Shown: positions 1-10,558, numbered from the stretch's first letter. The stretch is 39,686 nucleotides of DNA from Gammaproteobacteria bacterium (GCA_009937385.1 JAACFL010000021.1:1-39686); one strand, 5' to 3'. The notes: a model not told the origin generated them from the letters alone. Made by a program: numbers and translations.

Positions 1-279
1 GGCGAGGCGCTGCCGCTGGCGGTGGCCGCGGAACTCAACGGGCTCGAGCCCGGGGACCTGGTGGTGGAGTGCCTGAGCGGGCGCGAGAACGGCGCAGGGC
101 TCGAGATCGAGCAACGCACCGCGCTCAAGGCGACCGACGAGCGCGACGGGAATGCGGTGATCTACCGCGCCGAGATGCTACCCCCGCTGAGCGGGCTTCA
201 GCAGTTCCAGCTGCGCGCCTACCCCTACCATCCCGATCTCGGGCACCCGTTCGAGACCGGCTGCATGCTCTGGGTGTGA
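1..279 (+). CDS. alpha-glucan phosphorylase family protein, C-terminal fragment (5' end outside window)
   Basis: Frame 1 is open from base 1 to the TGA at 277-279. The tail ...QFQLRAYPYHPDLGHPFETGCMLWV resembles the C-terminus of GlgP-like alpha-glucan phosphorylases. This is recalled from memory, not searched. Confidence 0.5.
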   Translation, partial: GEALPLAVAAELNGLEPGDLVVECLSGRENGAGLEIEQRTALKATDERDGNAVIYRAEMLPPLSGLQQFQLRAYPYHPDLGHPFETGCMLWV

Positions 280-342
280 GCCCTCGGAGCCGGGGAAGAG
301 ATCGTAGCGGGCGGAACGCGTAGCAGAGTTCTCCCGAGGCTC

Positions 343-1692
343 TCAGCCGACCTTGGGCAGGTGCTCCAGCGCCGCGTTGATCGCCGCCTCGGGGTAGGCG
401 AAGTCCTCGAGCCGACCGGCGAAGTAGCTGTCGTAGGCGGCCATGTCGAAATGGCCGTGGCCCGACAGGTTGAACAGGATGGTCTGCGGCTCACCGCGTT
501 CCTTGCACGCCAGCGCCTCGTCGAGCGCCGCGCGGATCGCGTGGCACGACTCGGGCGCCGGGATGATCCCCTCGCAGCGCGCGAACTGGACACCGGCCTC
601 GAAGGTCGCCAGCTGCGGGACGGCGACCGCCTCGATGATCCCCTCCTGGTGCAGCTGCGAGACCAGCGGCGAATCGCCGTGGTAGCGCAGGCCACCGGCG
701 TGGATGCCCGGCGGCATGAAGTCATGGCCGAGGGTGTACATCTTCATCAGCGGGGTCAGGCCGACGGTATCGCCGAAGTCGTAGGCGTAGTGGCCGCGGG
801 TCAGCGTCGGGCACGAGGCCGGCTCGGCGGCGACCAGGCGCACCGCCTTGCCGGCCGCCTTGTCGGCGAGGAACGGAAAGGCCACGCCGGCGAAGTTGGA
901 ACCGCCACCGCAGCAGCCGATCACCACGTCGGGGTAGTCGCCGATCTTCTCGAGCTGCGCCTTCGCCTCCTGGCCGATCACGGTCTGATGGTGACAGACG
1001 TGGTTCAGCACCGATCCCAGGGCGTAGTTGGTGCCGTCGTGGGTCGCCGCCTCCTCCACCGCCTCGGAGATGGCGATACCGAGCGAGCCCTGCGATGCGG
1101 GGTCCTCGGCGAGGATCTTGCGACCCGACTCGGTCAGCCCGGTCGGGCTGGCCAGCACCTCGGCACCCCAGGTCTCCATCATCGAGCGCCGGAACGGCTT
1201 CTGCTCGTAGCTGACCTTGACCATGTAGACGCGCACGTCGATGCCGAACATCTGCCCGGCGAGCGCCAGCGACGAGCCCCACTGCCCGGCACCGGTCTCG
1301 GTCGCGAGCCGGCGGATGCCCGCCTGCTGGTTGTAATAGGCCTGGGCGACAGCACTGTTCGGCTTGTGCGATCCGGCCGGGCTGACACCCTCGTACTTGT
1401 AATAGATCTTCGCCGGCGTGCCGAGCGCCTGCTCCAGGCGGTGGGCGCGGAACAGCGGCGACGGGCGCCACAGCTTCAGCGCCTCGCGCACGGCATCGGG
1501 AATCGGGATCCAGCGCTCGGCCGAGACCTCCTGCTCGATCAGCGCCATCGGGAAGATCGGCACCAGCGCCTCGGGACCGATCGGCTGGCCGTCCGGCCCG
1601 AGCGGCGGCGCCGGCGGGTTGGGCATGTCGGCGACGACGTTGTACCAGTGGGTCGGGATGTCCGATTCGGTGAGCTGGATCTTGGTCTGCAT
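343..1692 (-). CDS. TrpB-like pyridoxal-phosphate-dependent enzyme (tryptophan synthase beta chain 2 type)
   Basis: 449-aa ORF. The N-terminus ([17 protein letters not shown]...) and the [18 protein letters not shown] lysine motif are typical of the TrpB2 clade. A GGGGGAA Shine-Dalgarno precedes the ATG. Confidence 0.85.
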   Translation of the reverse strand: MQTKIQLTESDIPTHWYNVVADMPNPPAPPLGPDGQPIGPEALVPIFPMALIEQEVSAERWIPIPDAVREALKLWRPSPLFRAHRLEQALGTPAKIYYKYEGVSPAGSHKPNSAVAQAYYNQQAGIRRLATETGAGQWGSSLALAGQMFGIDVRVYMVKVSYEQKPFRRSMMETWGAEVLASPTGLTESGRKILAEDPASQGSLGIAISEAVEEAATHDGTNYALGSVLNHVCHHQTVIGQEAKAQLEKIGDYPDVVIGCCGGGSNFAGVAFPFLADKAAGKAVRLVAAEPASCPTLTRGHYAYDFGDTVGLTPLMKMYTLGHDFMPPGIHAGGLRYHGDSPLVSQLHQEGIIEAVAVPQLATFEAGVQFARCEGIIPAPESCHAIRAALDEALACKERGEPQTILFNLSGHGHFDMAAYDSYFAGRLEDFAYPEAAINAALEHLPKVG

Positions 1693-1786
1693 GATTCCCC
1701 CTGCGGCAGTGCTTTGCGGCCGTTTTCGGTCGGGTTCGGCGGCACCGGATGGTAGCAGCAGAATCGACCGCCCGGCGAGCAGCGGG

Positions 1787-3018
1787 CTATTCGCGACGCC
1801 AGTCCGGGTAGATCCGCGCCATCTTCACCGCGTTGCCCTTGGTCTGCACGACCTCGACCGGGTAACCGGCAAGCTTCACCGTGGTCCCCACCTCGGGAAT
1901 GCTCTCGAGGTAATCGATCAGCAGGCCGTTGAGGGTCTTCGGCCCGTCGGTCGGGAAATGCCAGCCCATGCTGCGGTTGAGTTCACGGATGGTCACCGAG
2001 CCGTCGACCAGGAAGCTGCCATCGTATCGGTGGTGAACTCGCCGACGATCTCCTCGAGCAGGTCGTCCATGGTGACCAGGCCGAGGATGTCGCCGTACTC
2101 GTTGACCACCAGGCCGAAGCGCTGCCGGGTGCGCTGGAAATTCGCCATCTGGCGGTTCAGCGTGGTGCTGGCCGGGATGAAATAAGGGTCGCGGATCGCC
2201 TGTTCGAGGTCCGAACGGGTGAACGACTCCTGCAGCAACAGATGCGGCATCTTGCGCAGGTGCACGTAGCCGACCACGTGGTCGAGGCTCTCGCGGAACA
2301 CCGGCAGTCGCGCGTACTGGCTGCTGGCGAGCTGCTGGAGGATGTCGTCCCAGTCGTCGTCGAGATCGACGCCGATCACCTCGTTGCGCGGCACCATGAT
2401 GTCCTCGACGGTGACCGCCTCGAGGTCGAGCACGCTGAGCAGCATGCGCCGGTAGCGTTTTGGCAGGGGGCCATGCGACTCGACCACCACCGAGCGCAAC
2501 TCTTCCTGGGTCAGCGGCTTCTCGCCATGGCTGTCGGGATCGACACCGAGCAACCGCAGCAGCGAATTGGACATCCAGTTGACCACCCAGACCAGGGGGT
2601 AGAGCAGCTTCAGGAGCGGCTCGTAGACCCACGAGGCCGGGAATGCGATGCGTTCCGGATGCAGCGCGGCCAGGGTCTTCGGCGTCACCTCGGCGAAGAT
2701 CAGGATCACCAGGGTCAGCGTGCCGGTGGCGATGGCGATACCGATCTCACCGAACAGGCGCAACGCGATCACCGTGGCGATCGCCGAGGCGAGGATGTTG
2801 ACGAAGTTGTTGCCGATCAGGATCAGGCCGATCAGCCGATCGGGGCGCTGCAGCAGCCGTCGCGCGCGCGCCGCACCGAGGTGCCCCTCGCGCGCCAGGT
2901 GGCGCATGCGGTAGCGGTTCAGCGACATCAGGCCCGTCTCCGAGCCCGAGAAGAACGCGGACAGGACGATCAGCACGGCCAGCGTCAGGAACAGGACGCT
3001 TAGGGGAACATCGTCCAA
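1787..3018 (-). pseudogene. HlyC/CorC (CNNM) family transporter, DUF21-CBS-CorC_HlyC architecture, reading frame interrupted near 2021-2028
   Basis: ORF 1993..3018 encodes DUF21 TM helices plus CBS domains and ends ...EEIVGEFTTDTMAAS*. ORF 1787..2632 in another frame supplies the CorC_HlyC C-terminal domain (DGSFLVDGSVTIRELNRSMGW...). The span of 1232 nt is 2 mod 3. Confidence 0.8.
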
Positions 3019-3111
3019 GGGGTGGGGGGCCTCGCAGCGTGGGGTGGTGGTTTCTTTCTACGGACGCCCGCGAGGGCTGTCAACGCCGATCCGGACCGGC
3101 CTGGGTGCGAC

Positions 3112-3921
3112 TCAGACGCGCTGCAGGACCAGCTCGAGCACGAACTTGCTACCAAAGTAGGCGAGCATCAGCGTGGCGAAGCCGGCCAGCGTCCAGCGGA
3201 TCGCCACGCGTCCGCGCCAGCCGAGCTTCCAGCGCCCCCACAACAGCACCCCGAACACGCCCCAGGCAGCGATCGACAGCACCGTCTTGTGGATCAGGTG
3301 CTGGGCGAACAGGTCCTCGAGGAACACCAGGCCGCTGAGCAGCGAGATACTGAGCAGCACGAAGCCGACCGCGATCATGCGGAACAGCAGCCGCTCCATG
3401 GTCTGCAGCGGCGGCAGCGCACGGATGATGCCGCCGGGCTGGCGGTTGTGCAGGTGGCGGTCCTGGACCGCGAGCAACACCGCCTGGAACGCCGCGATGG
3501 TCAGCAGGCTGTAGGCGAGGATCGAGCTGACGATGTGCAGGTCGAGACCGCGTGAGCTGCCGCTGATCACCGTCCCGCCACCCGGGGCGAGCGCACTGGC
3601 CAGAGCGAACAGGCCGGCGATCGGAAAGATGGCGATGCCGAGGTTCTCGACCGGCATGCGCCACGCGGCCACCACCAGCAGCAGCGCCACGGCCCAGGCG
3701 GCCAGCGAGCCGGCGTTGAACAGGCCAAGACGCAGCCCGCCGTCGACCATGGTGGTTGCCAGCACCAGGTAGCCGTGCAGCAGCACGCCGGCCAGCGCAA
3801 GCGCCAGTGACGCTCGGCTCGATACCGTGGCGGCTTCGGCACCGCGCAGCATGCGGCGGCCGAGCAGAACCGCGGCGACAGCGTAGAAAAGGCAGGCGAC
3901 GGCGGCGGCGATGAGGAGCAT
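3112..3921 (-). CDS. cytochrome c assembly family inner membrane protein (YpjD/CcsA-like)
   Basis: The internal ATG at 3921 gives a 269-aa polytopic membrane protein (MLLIAAAVACLFY...). Its neighbourhood with ffh and a CorC-like gene matches the E. coli ffh-ypjD-yfjD arrangement. The longer ORF to 4218 is a low-complexity extension. Confidence 0.7.
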   Translation of the reverse strand: MLLIAAAVACLFYAVAAVLLGRRMLRGAEAATVSSRASLALALAGVLLHGYLVLATTMVDGGLRLGLFNAGSLAAWAVALLLVVAAWRMPVENLGIAIFPIAGLFALASALAPGGGTVISGSSRGLDLHIVSSILAYSLLTIAAFQAVLLAVQDRHLHNRQPGGIIRALPPLQTMERLLFRMIAVGFVLLSISLLSGLVFLEDLFAQHLIHKTVLSIAAWGVFGVLLWGRWKLGWRGRVAIRWTLAGFATLMLAYFGSKFVLELVLQRV

Positions 3922-4042
3922 AGACGATGAAAAAACGTTGGAAAATAAGGCCGAGGCATCTTCGCACAGTTGCGTTCGGCATTGGAAGCGTGGCACCTTG
4001 CACGCATCGGTAGCGCACGAGCCAGGCAAACGGATCCCAGCC

Positions 4043-4807
4043 ATGCGATTGCAAGTTCTCGGTTGCAGCGGAGGCATCGCCGCGCGCCACTGGACCACGG
4101 CGCTGCTGCTCGACGACGACGTGCTGATCGATGCCGGCACCGGGGTTAACGAGCTCTCGCTCGAGGCAATGGCCCGGCTGCAGCACGTGGTGCTGACCCA
4201 CTCGCACCTCGACCACATCGCCTGCCTGCCGCTGCTGATCGACAGCGTGTTCGACCGGCTCGCTCAGCCGCTCACGGTGCACGGCCTGCCCGAGACCCTG
4301 CGCGCACTGCGCCAGCACATCTTCAACGACGTCATTTGGCCCGACTTCTCGCGCCTGCCCGACCCGGCACGGCCGGTGCTGCGCTACGCCGAGCTGCAAC
4401 CCGGCACGCCGCTCGAGCTCGGTGAACGGACTCTGACCCCGATCCGCGTCAACCACTCGGTGCCGGCGGTCGGCTACCGCATCGACGGCCCCTCGGGCAG
4501 CCTGGTGTTCAGCGGCGACACGACCACCAACGACGGGTTGTGGAACGTGCTCAACAGCCAGCCGCCGTTCCAGACCCTGATCGTCGAGGCGGCGTTCAGC
4601 GATGCCGACCGCGAGCTCAGCATCGCGTCGCGCCACTACTGCCCCGAGCTGCTCGCCGCCGACCTGCGCAAGCTGGCGCACCGGCCAAAGGTCTACCTGA
4701 CGCACCCGAAACCGGGCGACGAGGACATCATCTTCAGCGAGTGCCGCAAGCACCTCACCGGCTACGACCTGCACCGGCTGTGTGAGGGCGACACCTTCCA
4801 CCTATAA
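4043..4807 (+). CDS. class II 3',5'-cyclic-nucleotide phosphodiesterase (metallo-beta-lactamase fold)
   Basis: The ATG at 4043 gives MRLQVLGCSGG... with the THSHLDHIACLPLL signature (HxHLDH). Length 254 aa. Confidence 0.7.
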   Translation: MRLQVLGCSGGIAARHWTTALLLDDDVLIDAGTGVNELSLEAMARLQHVVLTHSHLDHIACLPLLIDSVFDRLAQPLTVHGLPETLRALRQHIFNDVIWPDFSRLPDPARPVLRYAELQPGTPLELGERTLTPIRVNHSVPAVGYRIDGPSGSLVFSGDTTTNDGLWNVLNSQPPFQTLIVEAAFSDADRELSIASRHYCPELLAADLRKLAHRPKVYLTHPKPGDEDIIFSECRKHLTGYDLHRLCEGDTFHL

Positions 4808-4858
4808 TCCGCCCCCCCGGCCGGTGTCACCCGGCCGCATCATGAGTCTCACGGATCC

Positions 4859-6217
4859 ATGTTCGAGAATCTGAGCCAGCGACTGGGCGGCGTGATCCGC
4901 AACCTGCGCGGACAGGCACGCCTGACCGAGGAGAACATCAAGGACGCCCTGCGCGAGGTGCGCATGGCGCTGCTCGAGGCCGACGTCGCACTGCCCGTGG
5001 TGCGCGGCTTCATCGATCGGGTTCGCGAGCGCGCCGTCGGCCAGGAGGTGCTCAAGAGCCTCAGCCCGGGCCAGGCGCTGGTCAAGGTGGTGCACGACGA
5101 GCTCGTGACCACGATGGGCGAGGCCAACGACGCCCTCGACCTGGCCGCGCAGCCGCCGGCCGTGATCCTGATGGCCGGCCTGCAGGGCTCAGGCAAGACC
5201 ACCACCAGCGCCAAGCTGGCGCGCTGGCTGCAGGAGCGCCTGGGCAAGAAGGTGCTGCTGGTCAGCTGCGACGTCTACCGCCCGGCCGCGATCGACCAGC
5301 TGCAGACCCTGGCCGGCGAAGTCGGTGCCGAGTTCTTCCCGAGCAATCCAGACCAGCAGCCGGTAGCGATCGCTGGCGCCGCGCTCGAGGAGGCACGACG
5401 CAGGTTCCTCGACGTGGTGATCGTCGATACCGCCGGCCGGCTGCATGTCGATACGGGGATGATGGACGAGATCCGCGCGCTCAATGCCGCGGTCGAACCG
5501 GTCGAGACCCTGTTCGTGGTCGACGCGATGACCGGCCAGGACGCCGCCAACACCGCGCGTGCCTTCAGCGACGCGCTGCCGCTGACCGGCGTGATCCTGA
5601 CCAAGGCCGACGGCGACGCGCGCGGCGGCGCGGCGCTGTCGGTGCGCGAGCTGACCGGCAAGCCGATCAAGTTCCTCGGCACCGGCGAGAAGAGCGAAGC
5701 ACTCGAGCCGTTCCACCCCGACCGCATGGCCTCGCGCATCCTCGGCATGGGCGACGTCGTCAGCCTGGTCGAGGAGGTCCAGCACAAGGTCGACCGCGAC
5801 CAGGCCGAGAAGCTCGCGCACAAGATCAAGAAGGGCAAGGGCTTCACCCTCGAGGACTTCCGCGACCAGCTCGGCCAGATGGAGAAGATGGGCGGCCTCG
5901 AGAGCCTGATGGACAAGCTGCCCGGCATGGGCGAACTGCCGAGCGCGGTGCGCAACCAGGTCGACAACCGCGAGATGCGGCGCACGGTCGCGATCATCAA
6001 CTCGATGACCCCGCAGGAGCGGCGTCACGTGCAGATCATCAAGGGTTCACGCAAGCGGCGCATCGCGGCCGGCTCCGGGGTCCAGGTGCAGGACGTCAAC
6101 CGCATGCTCAAGCAGTTCACCCAGATGCAGAAGATGATGAAAAAGGCCTCCAAGGGCGGCATGGCCAAGATGATGCGCGGCATGCAGGGCCGGTTGCCGC
6201 CCGGCATGCGCTTCTGA
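4859..6217 (+). CDS. ffh: signal recognition particle protein Ffh
   Basis: 452 aa. GTPase motifs GLQGSGKTT, DTAGR and TKADGD are present, followed by a Met-rich M domain at the C-terminus. Confidence 0.97.
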   Translation: MFENLSQRLGGVIRNLRGQARLTEENIKDALREVRMALLEADVALPVVRGFIDRVRERAVGQEVLKSLSPGQALVKVVHDELVTTMGEANDALDLAAQPPAVILMAGLQGSGKTTTSAKLARWLQERLGKKVLLVSCDVYRPAAIDQLQTLAGEVGAEFFPSNPDQQPVAIAGAALEEARRRFLDVVIVDTAGRLHVDTGMMDEIRALNAAVEPVETLFVVDAMTGQDAANTARAFSDALPLTGVILTKADGDARGGAALSVRELTGKPIKFLGTGEKSEALEPFHPDRMASRILGMGDVVSLVEEVQHKVDRDQAEKLAHKIKKGKGFTLEDFRDQLGQMEKMGGLESLMDKLPGMGELPSAVRNQVDNREMRRTVAIINSMTPQERRHVQIIKGSRKRRIAAGSGVQVQDVNRMLKQFTQMQKMMKKASKGGMAKMMRGMQGRLPPGMRF

Positions 6218-6253
6218 GGGCGGCGCGCCCCTTCCATTGGGGCGCAGGGCAGA

Positions 6254-6259
6254 TATAAT
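6254..6259 (+). promoter_or_regulatory. candidate -10 hexamer (TATAAT) for the rpsP operon
   Basis: A perfect TATAAT lies about 70 nt upstream of rpsP, with a weak -35 (TTCCAT) 16 nt upstream. A GC hairpin (accgcccc-gct-ggggcggt) follows in the leader. Confidence 0.3.
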
Positions 6260-6328
6260 AGGCTGTTTCGTGGACCGCCCCGCTGGGGCGGTTGCTTTAC
6301 TAGAGAGCACAAAAGGACAGTACCAAGC

Positions 6329-6568
6329 ATGGTCACCATTCGCCTCGCCCGGGGCGGCGCCAAGAAGCGGCCGTTCTACAACATCGTGGTCACCGACCGC
6401 CGTAACCGCCGTGACGGCCGTTACATCGAGCGCATCGGTTACTTCAACCCGATCGCGTCAGGGCAGGCCGAGCGCCTGGTCGTCGACCGCGAGCGGGTCG
6501 ACTACTGGCTGGGCCAGGGGGCGCAGGCCTCCGAGCGGGTCGCGCACCTGCTCAAGGCCAGCGCCTGA
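6329..6568 (+). CDS. rpsP: 30S ribosomal protein S16
   Basis: [21 protein letters not shown]... is canonical S16, in rpsP-rimM-trmD-rplS operon context. Confidence 0.97.
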   Translation: MVTIRLARGGAKKRPFYNIVVTDRRNRRDGRYIERIGYFNPIASGQAERLVVDRERVDYWLGQGAQASERVAHLLKASA

Positions 6569-6608
6569 CCGGGCGCGTTCCGGGCAACCGGGACGCAGGT
6601 TCGAGGTG

Positions 6609-7118
6609 ATGACCGGCCCGGGCACGCGCGTGCCGCTGGGCAGGGTCGGCGGACCCTACGGGGTGCGCGGTTGGGTCCGGGTGAGTTCCGGCACGGAACC
6701 GCCGGAGCGGATCCTGGAGTACCGCCCCTGGCTCATCGAGCGTGGGGGCACATGGCAGCCGTTCGAGGTGCTCTCGGGACGGCTGCACGGCAAGGGCCTG
6801 GTGGTGCAGCTCGCCGGCTGCGATGATCGCGACCAGGCCGCGACGTTCGCTGGCGCCGAGATCGCGGTTCCGCGCTCCGCGCTGGCCGAGCTGGAGGCCG
6901 ACGAATACTACTGGGCCGACCTGGTCGGCCTGGAGGTGGTGACCACGGTGGGCGAGGAGCTCGGCACGGTCGACCACCTGATCGAGACCGGCGCGAACGA
7001 CGTGCTCGTGGTTCGCGGCGACAGGGAACGGCTGATCCCGTTCACCCCGGGCCACGCGGTGGTCGAGGTGGACATGGAGCGGCGGCGGTTGACAGTGGCA
7101 TGGGACCCGGCGTTCTGA
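6609..7118 (+). CDS. rimM: 16S rRNA processing protein RimM
   Basis: The ATG at 6609 gives [25 protein letters not shown]..., a typical RimM N-terminus. The position between rpsP and trmD fits. Confidence 0.9.
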   Translation: MTGPGTRVPLGRVGGPYGVRGWVRVSSGTEPPERILEYRPWLIERGGTWQPFEVLSGRLHGKGLVVQLAGCDDRDQAATFAGAEIAVPRSALAELEADEYYWADLVGLEVVTTVGEELGTVDHLIETGANDVLVVRGDRERLIPFTPGHAVVEVDMERRRLTVAWDPAF

Positions 7119-7864
7119 GGCGCATCGACGTCGTCACGCTGTTCCCGGAGCTGGTCCGGGCCGTGACCGGCAGTGGCGTCACCGGGCGCGCGGCCCAGGC
7201 CGGGCTGCTCGAGCTGGTGACCTGGAACCCGCGCGATTACGCGCAGGACCGGCACCGGACGGTCGACGACCGGCCCTACGGCGGCGGCCCGGGCATGGTC
7301 ATGATGCTCGCGCCGTTGCGAGACGCGATCCACGCGGCACGGGCCGCGGCCCCGGCGGGCAGCCGGGTCGCCTACCTGTCACCGCAGGGGAGGCGGCTCG
7401 ACCAGGCCGGGATCGAGACGTTGGCAGGCCGACCGGGGCTGATCCTGGTGGCCGGCCGCTACGAGGGCATCGACGAACGGCTCGTCGATGCCGAGATCGA
7501 CGAGGAGTGGTCGCTCGGCGACTTCGTCCTCAGCGGTGGCGAGCTGGCGGCGATGGCGATCGTCGACGCCGTGACCCGGCTGATCCCGGGCGCGCTCGGC
7601 GACGCGGACTCGGCCGAGCAGGACTCCTTCGTGGATGGCCTGCTCGACTGCCCGCACTACACGCGACCGGAGGTCGCGGACGGGCGCACGGTGCCGGCGG
7701 TGCTGCTCAGCGGCGACCACGCGGCGATCGCGCGCTGGCGGCGCAAGCAGGCGCTGGGACGCACCTGGGAACGGCGGCCCGACCTGCTGGAGCAGGTCGA
7801 GCTGGACGAGGAGCAGCAACGGCTGCTCGATGAATACATCGCCGAACAGGCCAACGAGGCGTGA
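7100..7864 (+). CDS. trmD: tRNA (guanine37-N1)-methyltransferase TrmD
   Basis: 254 aa, starting ...[12 protein letters not shown]... and containing [10 protein letters not shown]. It overlaps the rimM 3' end by 19 nt. Confidence 0.95.
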   Translation: MGPGVLRRIDVVTLFPELVRAVTGSGVTGRAAQAGLLELVTWNPRDYAQDRHRTVDDRPYGGGPGMVMMLAPLRDAIHAARAAAPAGSRVAYLSPQGRRLDQAGIETLAGRPGLILVAGRYEGIDERLVDAEIDEEWSLGDFVLSGGELAAMAIVDAVTRLIPGALGDADSAEQDSFVDGLLDCPHYTRPEVADGRTVPAVLLSGDHAAIARWRRKQALGRTWERRPDLLEQVELDEEQQRLLDEYIAEQANEA

Positions 7865-7893
7865 CGGCAGGCAACTGGGTACGGAGAAGCACG

Positions 7894-8238
7894 ATGAGCA
7901 ACATCATTCAGGAGCTGGAAGCGGAGCAGATGACCCGCGAGGTGCCGGAGTTCGGCCCCGGCGACACCGTGGTCGTCCAGGTCAAGGTCCGCGAAGGCAA
8001 CAACGAGCGCCTGCAGGCCTTCGAGGGCGTTGTCATCGCCAAGCGCAACCGCGGCCTCAACTCGTCGTTCACGGTGCGCAAGATCTCGCACGGCGAAGGC
8101 GTCGAGCGCGTGTTCCAGACCTTCAGCCCGCTGATCGGCGACATCAAGGTCAAGCGCCGCGGCGACGTGCGTCGCGCGAAGCTCTACTACCTGCGCGACC
8201 GGCGCGGCAAGTCGGCGCGGATCAAGGAAAAGATCTGA
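7894..8238 (+). CDS. rplS: 50S ribosomal protein L19
   Basis: The ATG at 7894 (GGAGAA 6 nt upstream) gives [13 protein letters not shown]...[16 protein letters not shown], canonical L19. Confidence 0.97.
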   Translation: MSNIIQELEAEQMTREVPEFGPGDTVVVQVKVREGNNERLQAFEGVVIAKRNRGLNSSFTVRKISHGEGVERVFQTFSPLIGDIKVKRRGDVRRAKLYYLRDRRGKSARIKEKI

Positions 8239-8330
8239 TCCACCGCGGCGCCACCCTGCTGGCGCCGCCCGGGGAGGCCGACGGTCTCCCCGGAGTCCCG
8301 CTGCCGACCCCCACACGCACTCCCCTGCCC

Positions 8331-10082
8331 TTGCTTGGGCGGTCGCGTGCCGTGTTGCTGGCCTGCCTGCTCTGCCTGGCGCCCCACGCTGCGTACGCCG
8401 CCAGCTCGGAGCTGGATGCGCTGCGCAAGGCCGGGACCCCGCGCCTCGCGCTCAGCGTCATCGACGCCGAGCAACCCGCCCTGGCGACCGACCGCACCGG
8501 ATGGCTGGAGTGGGAACGGGCTCGCCTCGAACTGCTCCGTGAACTGGAGGAGTGGACCGCGATCGAGGCGCGCGTCGCCAACCACCCGACCGGGCTGCCA
8601 CGTCGCTTCACCGACCTCAGCCGCACCCTCCAGGCCGAGGCCGCGCTTGCCAACGGCAACGCGGCCATCACCCAAGCCCGGCTGCGCAGCCTCGTCTGGC
8701 AAGGCCAGCCCGCGGCTCCCGAGACGCTCCAGCGCTGGCGCGAGCTGCTGATCCACGCCTACCTGCGCGATGACCTGACCGAGGACGCCCACCTGGCAAT
8801 GCTGCGTTACCGCCAGGACTACGGCGACAGCGATCCGGCACTGCGTGTGCTTGGAGCACGTATCCTGCTGCGCGCCGGACGCCCCACAGCGGCACTCGCC
8901 GCGCTCGGCGATGCCGCCGACCCGGTCGCCGACGCACTGCGCCTGCTCGCCGAACTGCGTGCCGGGCGCACGCAGGCCGACCAGGTCGGCGAAGCCGCCA
9001 TGAAACAGGCTGGCGTGCTCGCGGACGACCCGCTCGGAGCGACCCGCTACTGGGCCGTCGCCGTGGCCGCGGCCACGCTCGGCGAGCAGGGCGCCGCGAG
9101 GATCACCGCCCTGGAAACCGGGCTGCCGATCACCGATCTGCCAGCCAGCGAGGCACCGTTCACGCTGACGCCGGACGACCTCTGGCAAGCCTACCGGGTC
9201 CATGGCGAGACCCTCGCGAACCGCGCACAGCTGCTGGTTGGCCAGGACATGGCATGGTTCGAACTCGCCGAGGCGCGCGCCGCGGAGGAGCCGCTCGTCG
9301 CCCGCGCCCTGTTCGCCACGCTGGCCCAGCGCGCACGCGATGCGGAACGGCGCGCCGCGAGCCATGCCGCGTTCGCCACCCTGCTCGCCGCCACGCCGCG
9401 CGGTGCGATGCTGATCGGGCGCCTCTACCTCGAGGACGGCGCCCCGGCCGGCCGTGTCGACGACCTGCCGCCCAGCCTGCGCCTGCAGCTCGCCGACGCG
9501 GCCCTGGACTCCGGTGACACGGCCACCGCAGCCCTGCTCTACCGCGCCATCGACACCCCGCCGCAGGAGGCCGACGCGTTCGCCTGGCGACTGCGCCGCG
9601 CACGCCTGTTGAGCGAGGCCGATGCCATCGATGCCGGTGGCGAGGCGCTGCTGGCCCTGGTGCGCACGCAGCCCGAGCGCGCGGCGGCCGAAATCGAGGC
9701 ACTGCTGCCGGCAGTCGTCGACCTGCAGCAGGCGGGAGCGCACGCCGCTGCCGACGAGGTGTTGAAGGCGCTGCTCGCCGACCCGCAGGACGACCCTGCG
9801 ACGCACCGCGCCCTGCTGCTCGCCCTCGCCACCAGCCGGGAGGCCCTGGGCCAGCCCCTGAGCGCGGCACGCCTCTACCTTCACGGCGCGCTGCTGCCGG
9901 GCACCGATGCCGACGACACCATGGGGCGGAAGGCTCGGCACGACGCCGTCGGTGCACTGGTCGCGGCCGGGCTCCAGGAGGACGCGATCGCGCTCCTCGA
10001 GGGGCTGGTGACCGTCACGCCCAAGAAGGCACGCGGCCCCCTCGAGGCGGAACTCGCGCAGCTGCGCGAGGCGCGCAGGTGA
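8331..10082 (+). CDS. hypothetical secreted Ala/Leu-rich helical-repeat (TPR-like) protein
   Basis: The frame is open and GC3-biased. No ATG lies downstream of rplS; candidate starts are TTG 8331 or GTG 8352. The signal-peptide-like N-terminus is LLACLLCLAPHAAYA/ASSE. No family recognised. Confidence 0.5.
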   Translation: MLGRSRAVLLACLLCLAPHAAYAASSELDALRKAGTPRLALSVIDAEQPALATDRTGWLEWERARLELLRELEEWTAIEARVANHPTGLPRRFTDLSRTLQAEAALANGNAAITQARLRSLVWQGQPAAPETLQRWRELLIHAYLRDDLTEDAHLAMLRYRQDYGDSDPALRVLGARILLRAGRPTAALAALGDAADPVADALRLLAELRAGRTQADQVGEAAMKQAGVLADDPLGATRYWAVAVAAATLGEQGAARITALETGLPITDLPASEAPFTLTPDDLWQAYRVHGETLANRAQLLVGQDMAWFELAEARAAEEPLVARALFATLAQRARDAERRAASHAAFATLLAATPRGAMLIGRLYLEDGAPAGRVDDLPPSLRLQLADAALDSGDTATAALLYRAIDTPPQEADAFAWRLRRARLLSEADAIDAGGEALLALVRTQPERAAAEIEALLPAVVDLQQAGAHAAADEVLKALLADPQDDPATHRALLLALATSREALGQPLSAARLYLHGALLPGTDADDTMGRKARHDAVGALVAAGLQEDAIALLEGLVTVTPKKARGPLEAELAQLREARR

Positions 10083-10558
10083 GCCGGGCGGTCCACTACG
10101 ACGCGGTGATCGCGAGCCCGGTCGGCCCGCTCGGCCTGGCGCAGGACGGCGACGCGCTGGCCCGGGTCGCCTTCCTCTCCTCGCGCCATCGGCTGCGCCC
10201 CCCGGCCACGCCACTGCTCCGCGAGGCGGCCGCCCAGCTCGACCGTTACTTCACCGACCCCGACTGGCGCTTCGACCTGCCGCTCGGCGAGCACGGCACG
10301 CCGTTCCAGCGCCGGCTCTGGGCCGAACTGCGCGGCATCCCGCGCGGCGAGACGCGCAGCTACGGGGCGCTGGCCACGCAGCTCGACTCGGGCCCGCGCG
10401 CGGTCGGCGGCGCATGCCGCGTGAATCCGCTGGTGATCGTCACGCCGTGCCACCGGGTGGTCGCCGCGCGCGGCGGGCTCGGTGGCTTTGCCGGCGCGAC
10501 TGCGGGCCGGCCGCTGCAGACCAAGCGGTGGCTGCTCGACCACGAGGCTCCACGGTGA
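10079..10558 (+). CDS. ogt: methylated-DNA--protein-cysteine methyltransferase
   Basis: 159 aa with the active-site motif PCHRVV and a GETRSYGALA helix-turn-helix region. The GTG start overlaps the upstream stop (GTGA). Confidence 0.9.
   Translation: MSRAVHYDAVIASPVGPLGLAQDGDALARVAFLSSRHRLRPPATPLLREAAAQLDRYFTDPDWRFDLPLGEHGTPFQRRLWAELRGIPRGETRSYGALATQLDSGPRAVGGACRVNPLVIVTPCHRVVAARGGLGGFAGATAGRPLQTKRWLLDHEAPR

Noticed and set aside
361-1755. 464-aa ORF on the plus strand antisense to the TrpB2-like gene. The same applies to 8187..10214(-), 17514..19787(-), 34003..35844(-), 26423..27643(+), 12857..14098(+), 21272..22069(-) and many shorter ones.
   Set aside because: These are typical stop-poor antisense or off-frame ORFs of high-GC DNA. 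Their products are Arg/Ala/Gly/Pro-rich low-complexity sequences. Each fully overlaps a gene with strong family motifs on the other strand.
3922-4218. Upstream extension of the YpjD-like ORF (368-aa version), and the upstream extension of the phosphodiesterase ORF from 3911.
   Set aside because: The extensions are Ser/Cys-rich or otherwise atypical and overlap each other divergently. Internal ATGs at 3921 and 4043 give products that start where homologs start.
7635-8330. N-terminal 230 codons of the 815-aa ORF that runs through trmD and rplS.
   Set aside because: This is an off-frame read-through of two well-supported genes. Only the part downstream of rplS (from about 8331) has an independent signal peptide and plausible composition.
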